Assembly (NCBI GenBank): GCA_045863855.1
Contig: BTVV01000019.1
Coordinates: 11,325 to 75,324 of the forward strand
DNA length: 64,000 nucleotides
Reading direction: 5' to 3'
Source of the DNA: Planctomycetota bacterium
Lineage (GTDB): Bacteria > Planctomycetota > SZUA-567 > H5-PLA8
Shown here: positions 55,420 to 64,000 of the stretch, piece by piece
How the letters are laid out: every line of letters starts with the position of its first letter
Numbering within the stretch: the first letter of the stretch is position 1
The notes under the pieces: generated by a model
Told to the model about the DNA's origin: nothing
Seen by the model: the letters and a program-made list of their open reading frames with translations, nothing else
Database searches by the model: none
Made by a program: the position numbers and the translations under genes

Positions 55420-55776
55420 ATGGATACGAATACGCAGCGAGTCTACAAAATGAAGTTCTCGAGCGTCTATCCGCTCTATGTCGCCAAAGCGGAACGGAAG
55501 GCGCGTACGAAAGCGGAAGTGGATGAAATCCTGCTGTGGCTCACGGGATACAGCCGGAAGCAGTTGGACGCGCAACTGAAACAGGAATCGGACTTCGAAA
55601 CCTTTTTCTCGAAAGCGCCCCAGCTCAATCCCGCGCGGACGCTGATTAAGGGCGTGGTGTGCGGGGTCCGCGTGGAAGACATTAAAGACCCCATCATGCG
55701 GGAAGTCCGCTACTTGGATAAATTGATCGATGAGTTGGCCAAGGGCAAAGCCATGGAGAAGATCCTGCGCAAGTAG
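55420..55776 (+). CDS. DUF2200 family protein
   Basis: [61 protein letters not shown]. Confidence 0.92.
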   Translation: MDTNTQRVYKMKFSSVYPLYVAKAERKARTKAEVDEILLWLTGYSRKQLDAQLKQESDFETFFSKAPQLNPARTLIKGVVCGVRVEDIKDPIMREVRYLDKLIDELAKGKAMEKILRK

Positions 55777-55853
55777 CCGATCTTCGGGCGCGTTCCGCCG
55801 CGCTGGGCGTCCACGGGCCGTTCCCTGCATCCCCGATCGCGCCGCCGTTCGCT

Positions 55854-56708
55854 TCAGAACAGACTGCGCCGGACCGCCAACCGATACGCCTGCGGACTTT
55901 GCCCAAACGCGGCCTTGAACGCGCGGCTGAAGTGGAACGGATCGCGCATCCCCACCGCATGCGCGATCTCCTTCACGCTCCGCGAACCGCGCAGCAGTTC
56001 CTCCTGCGCCCGCCGCAGCCGCAGCGCCGTCCAGTACGCCTGCGGCGATACCCCCAGCACCGACTTGAAGACCGCATGGAAGCGCGACGGCGAAAGATGC
56101 GCCCGCCGCGCCAGTTCGTCCAGCCGCAGCGCTTCGGCAAAGTGCGCGTTCAGGAACTCCAGCGTCCCCGCCAGCCGCTCCACGCCCGCCGCCATCCGCG
56201 CCGACTCGGGACGCTCGCGCGCGTGCTTCAAAACCGTCTCCAGCAAGCTCCAGCCCAGCGCCTGCTTCCGCGCCAGATCCGCCAGCCCCAGCCCCTCCGC
56301 GCCGGCCCGCCCCGCCACCTCCACCAGCCCCGCGTTGAGCGCCCCGATCCGCTCCGAATCAGGACCGCTCACGAACGGAGGCAGATCGACGAAGCGGAAC
56401 GGGTCCAGCGAACCGAAGAGCAGATAGCTCACGTGCGACCAGCGGCTCACGCCGGCCTGCCGCGTCGACTTGCCCAGACAGTGATGCAGCCCCGGCGGCA
56501 CCAGCGCCGTTTCGCCCGCTCGGATCGAACCCTTGCGCCCGTCGGCGAACTCGTACTTCGACGGATAGCTGATGCACGCCGTCACCAGCTGCGGCAGCGT
56601 GCGCCAGCCCGTCCCCGCGTACCCCTCCTGCGGCGTCACGCCCCCCGCGTCGTACTCGAAGCGCAGCGAACGCTCGGCCAGCCGCAAGACCGCCCCGCTC
56701 AAGCGCAT
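55854..56708 (-). CDS. AraC family transcriptional regulator
   Basis: LARRAHLSPSRFHAVFK...VKEIAHAVGMRDPFHFSRAFKAAFGQSPQAYR. Confidence 0.92.
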   Translation of the reverse strand: MRLSGAVLRLAERSLRFEYDAGGVTPQEGYAGTGWRTLPQLVTACISYPSKYEFADGRKGSIRAGETALVPPGLHHCLGKSTRQAGVSRWSHVSYLLFGSLDPFRFVDLPPFVSGPDSERIGALNAGLVEVAGRAGAEGLGLADLARKQALGWSLLETVLKHARERPESARMAAGVERLAGTLEFLNAHFAEALRLDELARRAHLSPSRFHAVFKSVLGVSPQAYWTALRLRRAQEELLRGSRSVKEIAHAVGMRDPFHFSRAFKAAFGQSPQAYRLAVRRSLF

Positions 56709-56874
56709 GCAGTCGATTCCGACAGGCGAACGGTTATATCCGGCATGGCGCTCCCTCTATTCCGTGGGGTACGGTACGGGAGTCCAGCGGATTACGCAAG
56801 GTAGCGCCGCAACGGCCCGGAACGCTTGGTTACCTACAACCCCCTCCCCATAAATAGCAAAAGGAGCAGCGCCC

Positions 56875-57699
56875 ATGTCCCGCCTCAGCGAACCGCAGGT
56901 GAACTTTTTCCGCACCTTCGGCTTTCTCGGCTTCCCCGGCTTGCTTAAAGCCGATCTGCCCTGGATCCTCGAAGAGTTCGAAGCCGTGCACGCCGGCACC
57001 GGCAAGGGCCACGATCCGTCCAAGCGCACCTGCGTCGCCGGCTTCCTCGACCGCAGCGAGAAACTCAGCGGGCTCCTCGAACATCCCGCCATCGCGGGAA
57101 TCCTGCACGCGCTCCTGGGCGAAGATTTCAATTACCACGGCAGCGACGGGAACTACTACTCCGGCGACACCGGCTGGCACGCCGACTGCGCCGACGAACA
57201 GATCCACGGGCGCTACCTCAAGATCGCCTTCTACCTCGATCCCCTCGACGGCCAAAGCGGCGCGCTCCGCGTCGTCCCCGGCAGCCACCGCGTCGGCGAA
57301 CCCTACGCCCAAGCCGTCCGACACGCCCTGCGCACCCGCGGCAGCCTGCCCTGCGAACCCCGCGACCTCCCCTGCCAGATCCTCGCCACTCGGCCCGGCG
57401 ACGTCCTCGTCTTCGACCACCACACGCTCCACGCCAGCTTCAACGGCGGCAACCGCCGCCGCATGTTCACCCTCAACGCCGGCACCCGCGCCCAGACGCC
57501 TCAGCAGTTCGAAGAGATCCGCCGCATCGTCCACGGCGCCGCGCGCTTCTGGGCCGATCGCTGCTACGGCGACGCACTCATCCGCACCGCCACCCCCGAA
57601 CGCCGCAAGCACCTCGAACAGCAACTCGCCTTCGAACCCGAACTCCCCGCCCTCGTCGAAGAAGCCAAACGCCGCATGCCCGAACCCGCCCGGGGCTAG
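56875..57699 (+). CDS. Phytanoyl-CoA dioxygenase (PhyH) family protein
   Basis: WHAD, YLDPLD, LRVVPGSH, PGDVLVFDH..LHAS; AAGGAG RBS. Confidence 0.9.
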   Translation: MSRLSEPQVNFFRTFGFLGFPGLLKADLPWILEEFEAVHAGTGKGHDPSKRTCVAGFLDRSEKLSGLLEHPAIAGILHALLGEDFNYHGSDGNYYSGDTGWHADCADEQIHGRYLKIAFYLDPLDGQSGALRVVPGSHRVGEPYAQAVRHALRTRGSLPCEPRDLPCQILATRPGDVLVFDHHTLHASFNGGNRRRMFTLNAGTRAQTPQQFEEIRRIVHGAARFWADRCYGDALIRTATPERRKHLEQQLAFEPELPALVEEAKRRMPEPARG

Positions 57700-57710
57700 T
57701 TTGAATTTAG

Positions 57711-57805
57711 ATTTGGGATTTGGGATTTGGGATTTGGGATATTGCCGGCGAGCCGAGAGCCGTGAACGCCCTGCCCTCAACTCCAAATCCAAAATCCAAT
57801 AATCC
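57711..57805. repeat. Heptamer tandem repeat (ATTTGGG x4) with an inverted degenerate copy
   Basis: ATTTGGG x4 at 57711-57738; CCAAATCCAAAATCCAATAATCC at 57783-57805. Confidence 0.8.
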
Positions 57806-57884
57806 GACCCGCCCCCCGGCCTCTTGCCCTCCCCACCCGCACGGGGTTTAATGTCCCCATAGTCCCTTCGTCTGGAGCCGGCCT

Positions 57885-59831
57885 ATGGACGCTCCGATTC
57901 TTCCGCTTCGCGCCGCCGTCAAGCCGCGCATCTGGGACGAAGAACTCGGCGGCACCGTTCCGCTGGAAGATGAAATCGTACGCATCTTCAAGAGTCAGTC
58001 CGCCCGCAACGTCGTCCTCGTCGGCCCCCCCGGAAGCGGCAAATCCACCGCCCTCGCCCATCTTAAAGCCGTCTTGCCTGAGCACTTTCCGATCGAATTG
58101 CGTGATCGCTTTCACCCGTTCAACACTTCCGAGCCAAACCCCGGTTGCCTCCGCGTATCCACCGTGAACTCGATGAGTGTCGTCAAGCGCGGCAAAGATG
58201 TGGAAGTCATGCATCTTGCGCTTTGGAGCAACGACGAACGGATCGAGTATCTCCTCGCACGGCACCCTGCGAAGTGCGCATCCGTCATGAAGCGACTCCA
58301 TCGGCATCCCGAGGTTGCCGATCAAGGCGGCCTCCCAATGCTCTGGACCGTCGTACTCGACACCATGGCCGAGGACGAATCGCTCACCTCTCCGCTCGAA
58401 GCGCTGCGCCGCTTTTTCTTCAATCGCCTAGACCCTACCCAGCATGGCGTGGCGCGAACCCGAGCCTTCGCGGCTTACTTGCAAACGCACCAAATATGGC
58501 GCGACACCACCGCCTGTTTCCCGCTGGGTATCCGTTTGGAGCGCGATCTGTGGCTCCAGTACTTGAGCCAGCGTGCGCTCGCCGGTTGGAATGAAACGGC
58601 CGCAGCCTTGGTAGACTTTCAGGCCATCCGCTTCGTGCTCGCGGCCGATTTCATCGCACACGACCTCGAACACTTCGAACCGTGCGACTATTTCCTATGG
58701 CGTTTCCCGTCCGATCTGATTCAGCATGTCGGCATGCTACTCCGCCGCCGCCCCGCGCTCTGCGCGCATGCGGTCGCGCTGGCGACCGGCGTCGATCCCT
58801 ACCTCCATGCCACCGCCGCCAGCCTCCTGGTCGCCGCCGATCCGACCTGGCGGCCGCCGAAAAGCAAGCCGCTCAATCTGGCTGGGGCCTTCCTCGCCGG
58901 CGCGCAGTGGAACGGCATCCGCATGCCGGACGGCAACTTCTTGCGCGCCGACCTGCGCGGCGCCCGCTTGGGCGGAGCGCATCTGGAAGCGGCCAACTTA
59001 AAGGCGGCCGACGCTTCCGGTGCGGATGTCTCCGAAGCCTGTCTGCAAAACGCCAACCTGACCCAATCCGCTTGGGCCCGCGCGAACCTGGAAGGCTGCG
59101 ACCTCAAATACGCAACCGCCGGCTTCGCCCATTTCCGGCGCGCCATCCTGCGCAACGCGGAACTCTCCCAAGCCGACCTGATGTTCGCCGACTTGCGCGA
59201 CGCCGACCTCCGCGCCGCGAAGCTGGAAGGCGCCGTGCTCCAAGGCGCGAAGATCTCAGGAGCCGATTTCCGCGCCGCCAACCTTGATGGAGCGAACCTC
59301 GCGAAGCTTGTCCTCCGCGAAGCTAACTTTCTTGGCGCGGAATTTCCAAGGGCGAACCTCCACGGCGCCGACCTCCAGGGCATGGAACTCCCTCGAGCCG
59401 ATTTCCGCGGCGCCAACCTGACCGGGGCCGACCTCACATGTTCGCGTATGCATGACGCCGATTTTCGTGGCGCGCTGCTATGCAGCGCCGGACTCGCCGG
59501 GGTGGATTGGGAACGCGCCGACTTGCGCGGCGCGTACTTCGCCAACGCCAGCTTCTACATGGGCTCCAGCCGCAGCGGGCTCGTCCACAGCCCGCTCGCC
59601 TGCGAAGGCAGCCGCACCGGCTTCTACACCGACGAATTTTACGAACAGTCGTTCAAAGCGCCCGAAGCGATCCGGAAAGCCAACCTCCGCGGCGCCGATC
59701 TGCGCGGAGCCAAAATCGAGGACATCGATTTTTACCTCGTCGATCTCCGCGACGCGAAGCTCGACCCCGAACAGCGCGACCACCTCCGCCGCTGCGGCGC
59801 GATCCTCGAACACAAAACCGCACCCGCCTAG
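57885..59831 (+). CDS. Pentapeptide repeat protein with N-terminal P-loop region
   Basis: GPPGSGKST; long run of A(D/N)LxG-type pentapeptides in the C-terminal half. Confidence 0.88.
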   Translation: MDAPILPLRAAVKPRIWDEELGGTVPLEDEIVRIFKSQSARNVVLVGPPGSGKSTALAHLKAVLPEHFPIELRDRFHPFNTSEPNPGCLRVSTVNSMSVVKRGKDVEVMHLALWSNDERIEYLLARHPAKCASVMKRLHRHPEVADQGGLPMLWTVVLDTMAEDESLTSPLEALRRFFFNRLDPTQHGVARTRAFAAYLQTHQIWRDTTACFPLGIRLERDLWLQYLSQRALAGWNETAAALVDFQAIRFVLAADFIAHDLEHFEPCDYFLWRFPSDLIQHVGMLLRRRPALCAHAVALATGVDPYLHATAASLLVAADPTWRPPKSKPLNLAGAFLAGAQWNGIRMPDGNFLRADLRGARLGGAHLEAANLKAADASGADVSEACLQNANLTQSAWARANLEGCDLKYATAGFAHFRRAILRNAELSQADLMFADLRDADLRAAKLEGAVLQGAKISGADFRAANLDGANLAKLVLREANFLGAEFPRANLHGADLQGMELPRADFRGANLTGADLTCSRMHDADFRGALLCSAGLAGVDWERADLRGAYFANASFYMGSSRSGLVHSPLACEGSRTGFYTDEFYEQSFKAPEAIRKANLRGADLRGAKIEDIDFYLVDLRDAKLDPEQRDHLRRCGAILEHKTAPA

Positions 59832-59912
59832 CGAGCAAGGGCGTGAACGGCTAACCCCGAACGCCCGGCCGCCCCACGTAAAATGGTTTCCCCTTGAATT
59901 CCCACCGCCCTC

Positions 59913-59941
59913 CATCCCATTTCCGCAATCCCAATTCCCAA
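59913..59941 (+). repeat. Degenerate heptamer repeat (ATCCCAA-like)
   Basis: ATCCCAT TTCCGCA ATCCCAA TTCCCAA, complementary in type to the 57711 array. Confidence 0.5.
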
Positions 59942-60014
59942 AAGCGTCCCCTTCTTTCCCAGTTTACTCCCCCCCGCCCCCTCACTATTCTACCGAAGAG
60001 TGAAAAGGACCCGC

Positions 60015-62129
<2,115 letters not shown>

Positions 62130-62135
62130 CAGCCC

Positions 62136-62342
62136 GATGTTGGATGTTGGATGGCCGGTACGGTTTTAATCCGCGCGTCGCAACCCTAATCCCCATTCAT
62201 TTCATATTGAATTTTGCATTTATAATTTTGAATGCGATCGTGCCTACCCCTGCGCCAATCCGACTGCAAGTGTAGCGAACCCGCCCAAGCCCCCTTCCCG
62301 CGCCCTCCGTCACCTTCCTAAATCAAAAATCGAAAATCCAAA
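62136..62342. repeat. Cluster of short degenerate heptamer repeats
   Basis: GATGTTG x2 plus GATG at 62136; TTTTGCA/TTTTGAA-like units near 62196-62232; AAAATCG/AAAATCC near 62319-62342. Confidence 0.5.
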
Positions 62343-62425
62343 GCCTGCCTCAACCCTTTTTACACTCCCGTGACGCGCAACAGGGTAGAATGATTTCATC
62401 TGCAAGGGTCCGGAGCCCGACCGCG

Positions 62426-64000
62426 ATGGACCAACCTGCCGGCATCCCGCTGCTCCTGAGTTTCTTCGCGGCGCTCGAATGCCTCCTCGCTATAGCGCTG
62501 ATCCTGCGGATCTTTCACATCCCGCTCTGGCCCCGGCGCTGGATGCGCCGCGACGCCGAACGCCTCCAACCGCATTCCTGGATCGTCATAGCCCTCGAAC
62601 GCGCCGTGGCGGCCAGCGCGCTCTTCGCCTTCGTCGTCGCGCATGCGCGCAACCTGAGCCACTTTGAAGGGGGCAGCGATACGTGGGGCGGCTTTGCCGC
62701 GATGGCGTTGGCCGTCGCCGCCGGATTGGAAATCCACGCCGCCTACGCCGCCGCCCACGCCTGGCGTCGCGACGGCAATGCCCGCGCGCTCGGCATCCAT
62801 CTGTTCATTAGCATCGGCGTCATGTGCGCGCTTTCGTTCTGCGCCCTCTACCAAGTGCCATACGCCCTAGAGGCGCCCTTTCACAGAGCCCTGGGACTGG
62901 CCTGGGATCCACTTTATGTACTGCCCGCCACCTTGGTCTGCGTCACCTTCATGGCCTTCATGTTGAACGTAATACCTCCGCGCTGGAACCGCAGACGAGG
63001 CATCGCCAACGTCTTGTGCGTGGCATTGGCGATGCTCTTACTCTGGAAAGCATGGGTTCCCCTCCAAGCGCGGTATCTGGCGGCCTATGCGCCTTCCATG
63101 CCTCAACCTTACCTGCATCAAGAACGACCCTCACCCGGGTATGTGCGATTTATGGCTTTGAAATCGTTAGTGCCATACCTGGTTGATTATGCACCGCTAG
63201 ACAATCTCCCTCCCGCACTTTGGCATGGTGTCACCTCTGGGATACCCCCCTCCGACGATCCGGTATATCGCGCTCAGCTTCTACGTGCGGCAAAAGGAGG
63301 GTTTGGACTGGACCGCCTTTGGTTAGTAGACCTTGAAGAGGCGCGCTGGTGCTCCGCCCGACGCCTGCGCTTGGAACTCGCCGGAATGAGAATATGGCAG
63401 TACGACGACGCTTCCGTCCTCTTTCTTTACGAGCCCAATCATCTCCTGTTCCGAGAGTTAATACCCGACGCTGCAAAGCGCGACGCCACACACCGCCTGT
63501 TGGTGGCTTGGAACAACCGTTTTACGACCCTATACACCCACCGAGTCGACACGAAGAACGAACCATCACAGTGGCTCGAGGATCACCCTCGGCATGAGGG
63601 ATGGAGGTGGCTCAAGCGAACCTTTCAGGATCTCGACTATGACCTCTGGAAGTGCCATGTCCCGGGCGTCTGGCTTGAACTGGAAGGGCAGCTCGTACCC
63701 TATGACCTAATGGTTCCCGTCACCCGCCTATGTACCTTCAACAACCCGGATGTAATGTTCCAATGGCTTGCCTGCCCGCACAAAGAAGTCGCCATGGAAG
63801 CCTTAGATCAGATCATCGATTACTCGCGCAGAACTGGAAATAATCGACTGGTGAAGGGGTACCCAAATGATCTGAACCTAAGTTATGCATTGTATGCGCT
63901 TCACCCCGATCATCTGGTCACCTTTCTTCAACGGGTAGCTATCGAATACGGCGAAGCGGAAACGCTACGCGAGATAGAGTCGATGACCTTTCCATGGGAA
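62426..64000 (+). CDS. Hypothetical membrane protein, 3' truncated by the window edge (absent from ORF track)
   Basis: Manual translation from ATG 62426 (MDQPAGIPLLLSFF...) is open for 525 codons to the last base; about six N-terminal TM segments then a soluble region; GGAG upstream. Confidence 0.75.
   Translation, partial: MDQPAGIPLLLSFFAALECLLAIALILRIFHIPLWPRRWMRRDAERLQPHSWIVIALERAVAASALFAFVVAHARNLSHFEGGSDTWGGFAAMALAVAAGLEIHAAYAAAHAWRRDGNARALGIHLFISIGVMCALSFCALYQVPYALEAPFHRALGLAWDPLYVLPATLVCVTFMAFMLNVIPPRWNRRRGIANVLCVALAMLLLWKAWVPLQARYLAAYAPSMPQPYLHQERPSPGYVRFMALKSLVPYLVDYAPLDNLPPALWHGVTSGIPPSDDPVYRAQLLRAAKGGFGLDRLWLVDLEEARWCSARRLRLELAGMRIWQYDDASVLFLYEPNHLLFRELIPDAAKRDATHRLLVAWNNRFTTLYTHRVDTKNEPSQWLEDHPRHEGWRWLKRTFQDLDYDLWKCHVPGVWLELEGQLVPYDLMVPVTRLCTFNNPDVMFQWLACPHKEVAMEALDQIIDYSRRTGNNRLVKGYPNDLNLSYALYALHPDHLVTFLQRVAIEYGEAETLREIESMTFPWE

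Noticed and set aside
57711..57805. CRISPR array
   Set aside because: 7-bp tandem units without spacers; no cas genes.

Overview
High-GC bacterial chromosomal window. The gene content (secreted glycan-active proteins, FG-GAP proteins, a Ser/Thr kinase, heptamer intergenic repeats) looks Planctomycetota-like, which is an inference. It holds about 53 CDS, one tRNA-Val(GAC) and uvrB; no integrase, transposase, CRISPR or rRNA was seen. Highlights: (1) a membrane-anchored peroxiredoxin-like gene at the left edge with an in-frame UGA in a W-U-P-S-C motif and a SECIS-like hairpin, i.e. a selenoprotein that the ORF track splits in two; (2) a 19.6-30.4 kb locus combining a PspA/IM30 (ESCRT-III-like) protein, a tandem AAA+ ATPase coupled to a membrane coiled-coil protein, a second coiled-coil protein, and an ABC importer whose binding protein is fused to an OmpA-like domain, a candidate envelope-remodelling machine; (3) two regulator-linked clusters of secreted glycan-active or unknown proteins, one with a 19-bp motif repeated exactly 107 nt before two start codons; (4) an AT-rich two-gene cassette between inverted repeats, heptamer arrays around accessory genes, an unlisted ORF of at least 525 codons at the right edge, and an apparent reversal of strand G/C bias. 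All protein calls come from motif recognition by eye; no database searches were run.
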